From Escherichia phage N15, in the sequence record NC_001901.1: DNA of 46,375 nucleotides. The stretch is one strand, 5' to 3'. Shown one piece after another: positions 20,066 to 28,966 of the stretch (the first letter of the stretch is position 1; each line of letters starts with the position of its first letter). A program made the translations under genes and the position numbers. Under the pieces are notes generated by a model. It was not told the DNA's origin. It made no database searches and was given only the letters and a program-made list of their open reading frames with translations.

Positions 20066-21478
20066 ATGTCAGCAGGAACGATCACCCTGACAAACGGGTC
20101 CGCTATTGTTGGCGGTTCCGGAACCTCATTCGCAACTGAACTTGCTGCAGGTGACTTCATTGTCTCTACTGTGGGCGGCGTTCCGTATACGCTGCCCGTT
20201 AAATCGGTAGAGAGTAATGCCCAATTGACACTGGTCAGCAACTTTACAGGGCCGACACAGTCTGGGGCAGCTTGGTCAGCTGTTCCCCGCGTGGCGCTGA
20301 ACATGGTAACTGCCGCGCTGGTAGCGCAAAGTGCTGAAGCGCTGCGGGGACTGAATTACGACAAACAGAACTGGCAGCAGGTCTTCAGCGCGGCAGGCAA
20401 CATAACTGTGAAGCTACCAGACGGCACCACCTTCACCGGCCCGTCATGGCCGTCTGTAATCAGCCAGACAAGCACATTGAACGGGAAAACTGGCGGACTA
20501 GTTCAGGGTTCCTTATTGGTAACGCCAGGCGATTCTATTGGTGTCAAGAGTGGAACAGGCGGAGACAAAACCATTGTTCTGGTAAATAGCCCTTCCGATG
20601 GTCCGGTTGGCACGTATGTGAACTCTATTGCGGGAAATTATTACTCAGGTAATTGGCGAATGGGGGCTGTTCGCGGTGATGGGGTGGATGTATCCCGAGT
20701 TCAGTTGAATATTTACGATGGTGTTTCATCATCCGCATCGTTTATGTTTTATCCTAATGAGCTATTTAAGGCATCTTCTTGTGGTGCTCCTGGAGATTTT
20801 CGGGGGGATGCGTGGGGTGTTCTTAATGGTTGGGCAAAAAACATTTCATTCTATAGAGAGAATTTATCCTCGCCTAATAACGGTGGTTTTGTACCCTTTG
20901 GTAGATGGAATAGTTACTGTTCTGGTGGTTACTACTCCACAGCAGGACTCGGTTCTTTGGCAACCGGGCCCCAGTCCTTTGCTGATATAGTTATGACAAC
21001 ATTATGCGATGCTGGTAATGCTGGCCAGAGAACTTTTTACTTTCAGACAACTTCTGGCGACATTGTTACAACCGGAGCTGGCGCGGCTCCAGGTAACTAT
21101 ATTTTTTCCAAGCAAGCTAACTGTGATATCACGCTGAAGCATAATGTGAAATACGATGATGGTTACCAGTCATACGAAAATATTAAACAATTACAGCCCA
21201 CTACATACGTCTACAAAGATGATCCTCGTGAGAGAGTCCGTCGTGGCATCATTGCTCAGGATGTTATGAAGATCGACAGCGAGTATGTAAAGTTAGTCCC
21301 GGCAACACCGAAATTTGATAGCGAAGGTAACCGGATTGATGCTGACGATACGCTAGCACTGGATAACAACGTCATCATGCTTGATACCGCGCTGGCGCTG
21401 AACTATGTCATTAAACAGCTGGAAGCTACACAGAAAGAACTTGCTGACCTTAGAAATCATTTTGCTGGTTCTTTATAA
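20066..21478 (+). CDS. side tail fibre protein with C-terminal intramolecular chaperone (peptidase S74-like) domain
   Basis: RBS AAGGAGGG; C-terminal GIIAQDV...ALDNNVIMLDTALALNYVIKQLEA is the typical auto-cleaving chaperone domain of tail fibres/tailspikes. Confidence 0.75.
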   Translation: MSAGTITLTNGSAIVGGSGTSFATELAAGDFIVSTVGGVPYTLPVKSVESNAQLTLVSNFTGPTQSGAAWSAVPRVALNMVTAALVAQSAEALRGLNYDKQNWQQVFSAAGNITVKLPDGTTFTGPSWPSVISQTSTLNGKTGGLVQGSLLVTPGDSIGVKSGTGGDKTIVLVNSPSDGPVGTYVNSIAGNYYSGNWRMGAVRGDGVDVSRVQLNIYDGVSSSASFMFYPNELFKASSCGAPGDFRGDAWGVLNGWAKNISFYRENLSSPNNGGFVPFGRWNSYCSGGYYSTAGLGSLATGPQSFADIVMTTLCDAGNAGQRTFYFQTTSGDIVTTGAGAAPGNYIFSKQANCDITLKHNVKYDDGYQSYENIKQLQPTTYVYKDDPRERVRRGIIAQDVMKIDSEYVKLVPATPKFDSEGNRIDADDTLALDNNVIMLDTALALNYVIKQLEATQKELADLRNHFAGSL

Positions 21479-21659
21479 GCAAACCGCCGCCCATCGCATG
21501 CAAGAATGGGTGGCGGCTTAAATCTGCTCACAAAGAGCTACTGCCAAAAAATTTACAGAAGCCATAATTCGAATCGTGAGAATAACTTAGAAACGAAACT
21601 GCGAGCCTTTCAACAGCTACGCGCTGGCTGATACTTGCATATACTTTGAAATAAAACTA

Positions 21660-21675
21660 CTGTATAAAAAAACAG
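21660..21675 (+). promoter_or_regulatory. LexA (SOS) box CTGTATAAAAAAACAG
   Basis: Matches CTGT-N8-ACAG consensus with AT-rich centre; upstream of UmuD'-like gene. Confidence 0.75.
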
Positions 21676-21691
21676 TTATATGGTGAGAGTT

Positions 21692-22078
21692 ATGGGATTC
21701 CCGAGCCCGGCACAGGACTACGTTGAAGAACGAATATCACTGGACAAGCTCCTCTTGACTAGGCCATCGGCTACCTACTTCATGCGCGCCGGTGCCACTC
21801 ACTATCAAGAAGGTATCCTGTACGGTGCATTGCTGGTTGTTGATGCGTCACGTACACCATGTGACGGCTCGTTACTTGTTTGCCGGATGGATGGCGAACT
21901 TAGGATAAAGCGGTACCGTAAGTCACCAACCCCTCATCTTGAGGATTTGCAAACAGGAAGAAGAGAAGAGATACCGAAATATGATGATGAAACGAGTCCG
22001 GATGCAATATTTGGCGTGATCACGTACAGCATTAACGACATGAGGTCAGGTGAATTTGATGATTGTCCAGTGTTGTAA
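21692..22078 (+). CDS. UmuD'-like protein (already lacks UmuD N-terminal arm)
   Basis: GFPSPAQDYVEERISLDKLLLTRPSATYF aligns with E. coli UmuD from the Cys24-Gly25 cleavage site onward; alternative start 21680. Confidence 0.75.
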   Translation: MGFPSPAQDYVEERISLDKLLLTRPSATYFMRAGATHYQEGILYGALLVVDASRTPCDGSLLVCRMDGELRIKRYRKSPTPHLEDLQTGRREEIPKYDDETSPDAIFGVITYSINDMRSGEFDDCPVL

Positions 22079-22085
22079 AAAGCGA

Positions 22086-22115
22086 AAAGCCCCACGTATG
22101 TGGGGCTTTTTTTAT
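22086..22115. terminator. bidirectional terminator between umuD'-like and sopB
   Basis: agccccacgtatgtggggct hairpin flanked by A-run and T-run. Confidence 0.7.
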
Positions 22116-22120
22116 TGACC

Positions 22121-23149
22121 CTATTTTTTCTCTTTATTTTTTATAATATTTTCCAACTTATCGAGGTCGCGATTAACCTGCTCAGCTGCACCTAATTCTG
22201 CCTCCAATAACGCTTCTATTTTTTTTATTAAATTAGAGGGTATTTTACGGCTATCTACTTTCAAAGTGACAAAACTACCCTTGTATTTAGCTACAACACC
22301 TTCACCATATTTCTTCTCGGTCTTGGGCATTTCTTCCTTATCGACAAGAATAAAGTCCTGTAGTGCCTGAATAATTCTTGCGGGCTCGAAATCCTCTCCA
22401 GCTTGCTTCATACGAAGCAACTGCTTCGCACCATCGAGCATAGTCTGCTCGTTACCCTTATACACTTTAGATAAAGCATCGCCAGCGCGAGCTGATAGCT
22501 CTCCCGGATGCTTGAAGATAGACAGGATCTCCCTCGGTAATCCGGCGGTATTCATGCAGCGGTTCACGATATTACGGTCGATGCCCTCTGCTTCAGCCAG
22601 GGCTTTAACGTTACCATCAAATTCTTTCAGTCGGCGCAAGTACCGTTTCCCGCGTTCGTATGCACTGGTTGGCCGATAGTCGTTACCCAACTGTGACAAC
22701 TGCTGCATTTGTTCATCATCCAGCTCTCCAACGAGAACCCGATAATCGCTACCAGTGATGATGGCTGTTTTGCGGCGGCGTGAGCCATCGGCAATTTCGA
22801 TAATGCCTGACGTCCTTCTGGCGAACGCGGGGTTCTGCTGTCCTGAAGTGAGGAATGAAGGGATAAGGTCGGCCAGCGCTGATTCGTTCAGCAATTCCTG
22901 ATCACGTTCATTACCGAGCCAAACCATTGTGGCCTTTTCGACTTTATCAGCAGGAATGGTTTCCAGCTTAAAAGTCACGTTGCGGCCGCAAACCGGTAGC
23001 GTAATGCTATTCCCGGACAACGAACTTAATTTGCTCTGTAAGTCGCCAACCATCGGCGAAACCGATGGCGCTTTTTGCGGCGCATTATGGTTATTGCTCA
23101 TGAACGTTTCGATGTTGGGCGCATTTTTTAATATAGAGCGATTCTTCAT
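22121..23149 (-). CDS. sopB: partition protein SopB (ParB family)
   Basis: ITLPVCGR, GNERDQELL, DLIPSF, GIIEIADGSRRRK, GELDDEQM, GNDYRPTSAYERG match F-plasmid SopB; ATG 23149 with GGGAGG RBS. Confidence 0.9.
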   Translation of the reverse strand: MKNRSILKNAPNIETFMSNNHNAPQKAPSVSPMVGDLQSKLSSLSGNSITLPVCGRNVTFKLETIPADKVEKATMVWLGNERDQELLNESALADLIPSFLTSGQQNPAFARRTSGIIEIADGSRRRKTAIITGSDYRVLVGELDDEQMQQLSQLGNDYRPTSAYERGKRYLRRLKEFDGNVKALAEAEGIDRNIVNRCMNTAGLPREILSIFKHPGELSARAGDALSKVYKGNEQTMLDGAKQLLRMKQAGEDFEPARIIQALQDFILVDKEEMPKTEKKYGEGVVAKYKGSFVTLKVDSRKIPSNLIKKIEALLEAELGAAEQVNRDLDKLENIIKNKEKK

Positions 23150-23151
23150 AG

Positions 23152-24315
23152 TTAGTCCTCCCAACGAGGTTTGATTAGATCTTCGAAAATTTCTTTGCAG
23201 ACTGGCTCCCAGATTTCCACTGCATTTCGCCAGGCATTAAGCGTTGAGCGTTGATTTGCTGCTTGCTCAAATACGGTGCGCATCTTGATCTGGCCTTTAC
23301 CAACTTCATCAGTGACCCGCACGACCTGTCGCAAGACCATAGCTCCCCAGGTATTTCGAATCTGCTCCTCCATCCACCGGGACTGATTGCCGTTAGTAAG
23401 GCTGTATTTGGTCAGGAGCAGGCGGACGACAGGTTCAAAGCCGCCCAAATCGACGGTTTCAAGCAGGTCGAGCAGCATGGTGAAAAACTGAAGAACTGAT
23501 GCATAGTCGAACAGCTCTGCAGGGGTTGCTACCACGATGACGTCAGCAGCACAGACAACGTTAATAGTTCCCGTACCCAAGTTTGGCGCGCTGTCTATGA
23601 CGATAATGTCGTAGTTATCCCATACAGACTCGATAGCAGCACGAAGCATCAGATGAGGGGGATGAGGTAGCTTCCCCTCGGAATGGTACTGCATCAGATC
23701 TGTTTCAATGCGGTGAAGGGCCAGGCAGCTGGGGATTATGTCGAGACCCGGCCAGCATGTTGGTTTTATCGCATATTCAGCGTTGTCGCGTTTACCCAGG
23801 TAAAATGGAAGCAGTGTATCGTCTGCGTGAATGTGCAAATCAGGAACGTAACCGTGGTACATAGATGCAGTCCCTTGCGGGTCGTTCCCTTCAACGAGTA
23901 GGACGCGGTGCCCTTGCAAGGCTAACCATTGCGCCTGGTGTACTGCAGATGAGGTTTTATAAACCCCTCCCTTGTGTGACATAACGGAAAGTACAACCGG
24001 GTTTTTATCGTCAGGTCTTTGGTTTGGGTTACCAAACACACTCCGCATATGGCTAATTTGGTCAATTGTGTAGCCAGCGCGACGTTCTACTCGGCCCCTC
24101 ATCTCAAAATCAGGAGCCGGTAGACGACCAGCTTTTTCCGCGTCTCTGATAGCCTGCGGTGTTACGCCGATCAGGTCTGCAACTTCTGTTATACCCCAGC
24201 GGCGAGTAATACGACGCGCTTCCGGGCTGTCATCGCCGAACTGTGCGATGGCAATAGCGCGCGTCATTTCCTGACCGCGATTGATACAGTCTTTCAGCAA
24301 ATTAATTAACGACAT
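23152..24315 (-). CDS. sopA: partition ATPase SopA (ParA family, Walker-type)
   Basis: EMTRAIAIAQF..DDSPEARRITRRW, KGGVYKTS Walker A, near-colinear with F SopA; likely start 24315 (GAGG RBS); ORF extends to 24360. Confidence 0.9.
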   Translation of the reverse strand: MSLINLLKDCINRGQEMTRAIAIAQFGDDSPEARRITRRWGITEVADLIGVTPQAIRDAEKAGRLPAPDFEMRGRVERRAGYTIDQISHMRSVFGNPNQRPDDKNPVVLSVMSHKGGVYKTSSAVHQAQWLALQGHRVLLVEGNDPQGTASMYHGYVPDLHIHADDTLLPFYLGKRDNAEYAIKPTCWPGLDIIPSCLALHRIETDLMQYHSEGKLPHPPHLMLRAAIESVWDNYDIIVIDSAPNLGTGTINVVCAADVIVVATPAELFDYASVLQFFTMLLDLLETVDLGGFEPVVRLLLTKYSLTNGNQSRWMEEQIRNTWGAMVLRQVVRVTDEVGKGQIKMRTVFEQAANQRSTLNAWRNAVEIWEPVCKEIFEDLIKPRWED

Positions 24316-24376
24316 CCTGTTTCCTCTCAAACATGCCCTTATCTTTGTGTTTTTCATCATACTTTACGTTTTTAAA

Positions 24377-24420
24377 GCAAAGCAACATAAAAAAAGCAAA
24401 GTGACTTAGAAAACGCAAAG
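24377..24420. promoter_or_regulatory. three GCAAAG (=CTTTGC on - strand) repeats with 19-bp phasing upstream of sopA; putative SopA autoregulatory operator
   Basis: GCAAAG at 24377, 24396, 24415; F-plasmid sopAB operator is built from CTTTGC repeats. Confidence 0.6.
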
Positions 24421-24774
24421 TTAAGGTTCAAATCAATTTTTTGATGCGCTACAGAAGCTATTTAGCTTCATCTAAGCGCAACGGTATTACTTACGTTGGT
24501 ATATTTAAAACCTAACTTAATGATTTTAAATGATAATAAATCATACCAATTGCTATCAAAAGTTAAGCGAACATGCTGATTTTCACGCTGTTTATACACT
24601 TTGAGGCATCTCTATCTCTTCCGTCTCTATATTGAAACACAATCAAAGAACATCAATCCATGTGACATCCCCCACTATCTAAGAACACCATAACAGAACA
24701 CAACATAGGAATGCAACATTAATGTATCAATAATTCGGAACATATGCACTATATCATATCTCAATTACGGAACA

Positions 24775-24830
24775 TATCAGCACACAATTGCCCATTATAC
24801 GCGCGTATAATGGACTATTGTGTGCTGATA
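24775..24830. other. telRL telomere resolution site: 56-bp inverted repeat with central 22-bp perfect palindrome (telO) CCATTATACGCGCGTATAATGG
   Basis: TATCAGCACACAAT...ATTGTGTGCTGATA outer arms and central palindrome read directly; matches remembered N15 telRL. Confidence 0.9.
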
Positions 24831-24994
24831 AGGAGAACATAAGCGCAGAACAATATGTATCTATTCCGGTGTTGTGTTCCTTTGTTATTCTGCTATTATG
24901 TTCTCTTATAGTGTGACGAAAGCAGCATAATTAATCGTCACTTGTTCTTTGATTGTGTTACGATATCCAGAGACTTAGAAACGGGGGAACCGGG

Positions 24995-26890
24995 ATGAGC
25001 AAGGTAAAAATCGGTGAGTTGATCAACACGCTTGTGAATGAGGTAGAGGCAATTGATGCCTCAGACCGCCCACAAGGCGACAAAACGAAGAGAATTAAAG
25101 CCGCAGCCGCACGGTATAAGAACGCGTTATTTAATGATAAAAGAAAGTTCCGTGGGAAAGGATTGCAGAAAAGAATAACCGCGAATACTTTTAACGCCTA
25201 TATGAGCAGGGCAAGAAAGCGGTTTGATGATAAATTACATCATAGCTTTGATAAAAATATTAATAAATTATCGGAAAAGTATCCTCTTTACAGCGAAGAA
25301 TTATCTTCATGGCTTTCTATGCCTACGGCTAATATTCGCCAGCACATGTCATCGTTACAATCTAAATTGAAAGAAATAATGCCGCTTGCCGAAGAGTTAT
25401 CAAATGTAAGAATAGGCTCTAAAGGCAGTGATGCAAAAATAGCAAGACTAATAAAAAAATATCCAGATTGGAGTTTTGCTCTTAGTGATTTAAACAGTGA
25501 TGATTGGAAGGAGCGCCGTGACTATCTTTATAAGTTATTCCAACAAGGCTCTGCGTTGTTAGAAGAACTACACCAGCTCAAGGTCAACCATGAGGTTCTG
25601 TACCATCTGCAGCTAAGCCCTGCGGAGCGTACATCTATACAGCAACGATGGGCCGATGTTCTGCGCGAGAAGAAGCGTAATGTTGTGGTTATTGACTACC
25701 CAACATACATGCAGTCTATCTATGATATTTTGAATAATCCTGCGACTTTATTTAGTTTAAACACTCGTTCTGGAATGGCACCTTTGGCCTTTGCTCTGGC
25801 TGCGGTATCAGGGCGAAGAATGATTGAGATAATGTTTCAGGGTGAATTTGCCGTTTCAGGAAAGTATACGGTTAATTTCTCAGGGCAAGCTAAAAAACGC
25901 TCTGAAGATAAAAGCGTAACCAGAACGATTTATACTTTATGCGAAGCAAAATTATTCGTTGAATTATTAACAGAATTGCGTTCTTGCTCTGCTGCATCTG
26001 ATTTCGATGAGGTTGTTAAAGGATATGGAAAGGATGATACAAGGTCTGAGAACGGCAGGATAAATGCTATTTTAGCAAAAGCATTTAACCCTTGGGTTAA
26101 ATCATTTTTCGGCGATGACCGTCGTGTTTATAAAGATAGCCGCGCTATTTACGCTCGCATCGCTTATGAGATGTTCTTCCGCGTCGATCCACGGTGGAAA
26201 AACGTCGACGAGGATGTGTTCTTCATGGAGATTCTCGGACACGACGATGAGAACACCCAGCTGCACTATAAGCAGTTCAAGCTGGCCAACTTCTCCAGAA
26301 CCTGGCGACCTGAAGTTGGGGATGAAAACACCAGGCTGGTGGCTCTGCAGAAACTGGACGATGAAATGCCAGGCTTTGCCAGAGGTGACGCTGGCGTCCG
26401 TCTCCATGAAACCGTTAAGCAGCTGGTGGAGCAGGACCCATCAGCAAAAATAACCAACAGCACTCTCCGGGCCTTTAAATTTAGCCCGACGATGATTAGC
26501 CGGTACCTGGAGTTTGCCGCTGATGCATTGGGGCAGTTCGTTGGCGAGAACGGGCAGTGGCAGCTGAAGATAGAGACACCTGCAATCGTCCTGCCTGATG
26601 AAGAATCCGTTGAGACCATCGACGAACCGGATGATGAGTCCCAAGACGACGAGCTGGATGAAGATGAAATTGAGCTCGACGAGGGTGGCGGCGATGAACC
26701 AACCGAAGAGGAAGGGCCAGAAGAACATCAGCCAACTGCTCTAAAACCCGTCTTCAAGCCTGCAAAAAATAACGGGGACGGAACGTACAAGATAGAGTTT
26801 GAATACGATGGAAAGCATTATGCCTGGTCCGGCCCCGCCGATAGCCCTATGGCCGCAATGCGATCCGCATGGGAAACGTACTACAGCTAA
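24995..26890 (+). CDS. telN: protelomerase (telomere resolvase, tyrosine-recombinase-like)
   Basis: 631 aa starting MSKVKIGELINTLVNEVEAIDASDRPQGDK, recognised as N15 TelN; acidic C-terminal tail; adjacent to telRL. Confidence 0.95.
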   Translation: MSKVKIGELINTLVNEVEAIDASDRPQGDKTKRIKAAAARYKNALFNDKRKFRGKGLQKRITANTFNAYMSRARKRFDDKLHHSFDKNINKLSEKYPLYSEELSSWLSMPTANIRQHMSSLQSKLKEIMPLAEELSNVRIGSKGSDAKIARLIKKYPDWSFALSDLNSDDWKERRDYLYKLFQQGSALLEELHQLKVNHEVLYHLQLSPAERTSIQQRWADVLREKKRNVVVIDYPTYMQSIYDILNNPATLFSLNTRSGMAPLAFALAAVSGRRMIEIMFQGEFAVSGKYTVNFSGQAKKRSEDKSVTRTIYTLCEAKLFVELLTELRSCSAASDFDEVVKGYGKDDTRSENGRINAILAKAFNPWVKSFFGDDRRVYKDSRAIYARIAYEMFFRVDPRWKNVDEDVFFMEILGHDDENTQLHYKQFKLANFSRTWRPEVGDENTRLVALQKLDDEMPGFARGDAGVRLHETVKQLVEQDPSAKITNSTLRAFKFSPTMISRYLEFAADALGQFVGENGQWQLKIETPAIVLPDEESVETIDEPDDESQDDELDEDEIELDEGGGDEPTEEEGPEEHQPTALKPVFKPAKNNGDGTYKIEFEYDGKHYAWSGPADSPMAAMRSAWETYYS

Positions 26891-26894
26891 AAGA

Positions 26895-26927
26895 AAAGCC
26901 ACCGGTGTTAATCGGTGGCTTTTTTAT
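26895..26927. terminator. rho-independent terminator after telN
   Basis: gccaccggtgttaatcggtggc hairpin + T-run. Confidence 0.75.
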
Positions 26928-27063
26928 TGAGGCCTGTCCCTACCCATCCCCTGCAAGGGACGGAAGGATTAGGCGGAAACTGCAGCTGCAACTACGGACA
27001 TCGCCGTCCCGACTGCAGGGACTTCCCCGCGTAAAGCGGGGCTTAAATTCGGGCTGGCCAACC

Positions 27064-27858
27064 CTATTTTTCTGCAATCGCTGGCGATGTTAGTTTCGTG
27101 GATAGCGTTTCCAGCTTTTCAATGGCCAGCTCAAAATGTGCTGGCAGCACCTTCTCCAGTTCCGTATCAATATCGGTGATCGGCAGCTCTCCACAAGACA
27201 TACTCCGGCGACCGCCACGAACTACATCGCGCAGCAGCTCCCGTTCGTAGACACGCATGTTGCCCAGAGCCGTTTCTGCAGCCGTTAATATCCGGCGCAG
27301 CTCGGCGATGATTGCCGGGAGATCATCCACGGTTATTGGGTTCGGTGATGGGTTCCTGCAGGCGCGGCGGAGAGCCATCCAGACGCCGCTAACCCATGCG
27401 TTACGGTACTGAAAACTTTGTGCTATGTCGTTTATCAGGCCCCGAAGTTCTTCTTTCTGCCGCCAGTCCAGTGGTTCACCGGCGTTCTTAGGCTCAGGCT
27501 CGACAAAAGCATACTCGCCGTTTTTCCGGATAGCTGGCAGAACCTCGTTCGTCACCCACTTGCGGAACCGCCAGGCTGTCGTCCCCTGTTTCACCGCGTC
27601 GCGGCAGCGGAGGATTATGGTGTAGAGACCAGATTCCGATACCACATTTACTTCCCTGGCCATCCGATCAAGTTTTTGTGCCTCGGTTAAACCGAGGGTC
27701 AATTTTTCATCATGATCCAGCTTACGCAATGCATCAGAAGGGTTGGCTATATTCAATGCAGCACAGATATCCAGCGCCACAAACCACGGGTCACCACCGA
27801 CAAGAACCACCCGTATAGGGTGGCTTTCCTGAAATGAAAAGACGGAGAGAGCCTTCAT
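27064..27858 (-). CDS. antirepressor with N-terminal Bro-N domain
   Basis: IRVVLVGGDPWFVALDICAALNIANPSDALRKLD is a typical Bro-N signature; RBS GGGGAGG. Confidence 0.75.
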   Translation of the reverse strand: MKALSVFSFQESHPIRVVLVGGDPWFVALDICAALNIANPSDALRKLDHDEKLTLGLTEAQKLDRMAREVNVVSESGLYTIILRCRDAVKQGTTAWRFRKWVTNEVLPAIRKNGEYAFVEPEPKNAGEPLDWRQKEELRGLINDIAQSFQYRNAWVSGVWMALRRACRNPSPNPITVDDLPAIIAELRRILTAAETALGNMRVYERELLRDVVRGGRRSMSCGELPITDIDTELEKVLPAHFELAIEKLETLSTKLTSPAIAEK

Positions 27859-28085
27859 TGCGCCTCCCCGGATTTCAGCTGCTCAGAAAGGGACAGGGAG
27901 CAGCCGCGAGCTTCCTGCGTGAGTTCGCGCGCGACCTGCAGAAGTTCCGCAGCTTCCTGCAAATACAGCGTGGCCTCATAACTGGAGATAGTGCGGTGAG
28001 CAGAGCCCACAAGCGCTTCAACCTGCAGCAGGCGTTCCTCAATCGTCTCCAGCAGGCCCTGGGCGTTTAACTGAATCTGGTTCAT
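27855..28085 (-). CDS. small protein in antirepressor operon (76 aa)
   Basis: RBS GAGG 5 nt upstream; overlapping start/stop with neighbours. Confidence 0.55.
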   Translation of the reverse strand: MNQIQLNAQGLLETIEERLLQVEALVGSAHRTISSYEATLYLQEAAELLQVARELTQEARGCSLSLSEQLKSGEAQ

Positions 28086-28246
28086 GCGATCACCTCGCTG
28101 ACCGGGATACGGGCTGACAGAACGAGGACAAAACGGCTGGCGAACTGGCGACGAGCTTCTCGCTCGGATGATGCAATGGTGGAAAGGCGGTGGATATGGG
28201 ATTTTTTGTCCGTGCGGACGACAGCTGCAAATTTGAATTTGAACAT
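28082..28246 (-). CDS. small protein (about 54 aa), first gene of antirepressor operon; start uncertain
   Basis: AGGA RBS 9 nt before ATG at 28246; longer ORF to 28384 runs into the terminator. Confidence 0.35.
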   Translation of the reverse strand: MFKFKFAAVVRTDKKSHIHRLSTIASSEREARRQFASRFVLVLSARIPVSEVIA

Positions 28247-28411
28247 GGTATGCATTCCTATCTTGTATAGGGTGCTACCACCAGAGTTGAGAATCTCTAT
28301 AGGGGTGGTAGCCCAGACAGGGTTCTCAACACCGGTACAAGAAGAAACCGGCCCAACCGAAGTTGGCCCCATCTGAGCCACCATAATTCAGGTATGCGCA
28401 GATTTAACACA

Positions 28412-28489
28412 CAAAAAAACACGCTGGCGCGTGTTGTGCGCTTCTTGTCATTCGGGGTTGAGAGGCCCGGCTGCAGATTTTGCTGCAGC
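28412..28489 (-). ncRNA. candidate small regulatory RNA / attenuator leader: promoter (TTGACG-18-TAGAGT) followed about 75 nt later by intrinsic terminator
   Basis: -35 at 28525-28520, -10 at 28501-28496, hairpin aacacgc/gcgtgtt + U-run at 28435-28412 on - strand; N15 immA and P4/P1 immunity RNA paradigm. Confidence 0.45.
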
Positions 28490-28613
28490 GGGGTAACTCT
28501 ACCGCCAAAGCAGAACGCACGTCAATAATTTAGGTGGATATTTTACCCCGTGACCAGTCACGTGCACAGGTGTTTTTATAGTTTGCTTTACTGACTGATC
28601 AGAACCTGATCAG

Positions 28614-28964
28614 TTATTGGAGTCCGGTAATCTTATTGATGACCGCAGCCACCTTAGATGTTGTCTCAAACCCCATACGGCCACGAATGAGCCACTGGAA
28701 CGGAATAGTCAGCAGGTACAGCGGAACGAACCACAAACGGTTCAGACGCTGCCAGAACGTCGCATCACGACGTTCCATCCATTCGGTATTGTCGACGACC
28801 TGGTAAGCGTATTGTCCTGGCGTTTTTGCTGCTTCCGAGTAGCAATCCTCTTCACCACAAAGAAAGTTACTTATCTGCTTCCAGTTTTCGAACCCTTCTT
28901 CTTTGAGCCGCTTTTCCAGCTCATTCCTCCACAAAACAGGCACCCATCCTCTGCGATAAATCAT
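28614..28964 (-). CDS. hypothetical membrane protein (last gene of repA operon)
   Basis: RBS AAAGGA; hydrophobic C-terminal segment LWFVPLYLLTIPFQWLI. Confidence 0.5.
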   Translation of the reverse strand: MIYRRGWVPVLWRNELEKRLKEEGFENWKQISNFLCGEEDCYSEAAKTPGQYAYQVVDNTEWMERRDATFWQRLNRLWFVPLYLLTIPFQWLIRGRMGFETTSKVAAVINKITGLQ

Positions 28965-28966
28965 GA

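Noticed and set aside
21481-21520. Imperfect 11-bp-stem hairpin after the tail fibre gene, considered as a terminator
   Set aside because: No U-run follows and the stem has a mismatch; cannot be called a terminator from sequence alone.
24361-24774. A fourth centromere-like GTGCGACC-NN-GGTCGCAC copy near sopAB or elsewhere in the left arm
   Set aside because: Scanning by eye found none; partial matches at 3141, 16245 and 17175 lack the inverted partner. A computational search with mismatches is needed before concluding there are only three.
28549-28576. LexA box at the antirepressor/small-RNA promoter (CTGTGCACGTGACTGG)
   Set aside because: Begins CTGT but ends CTGG rather than ACAG and has a GC-rich centre; does not fit the LexA consensus.
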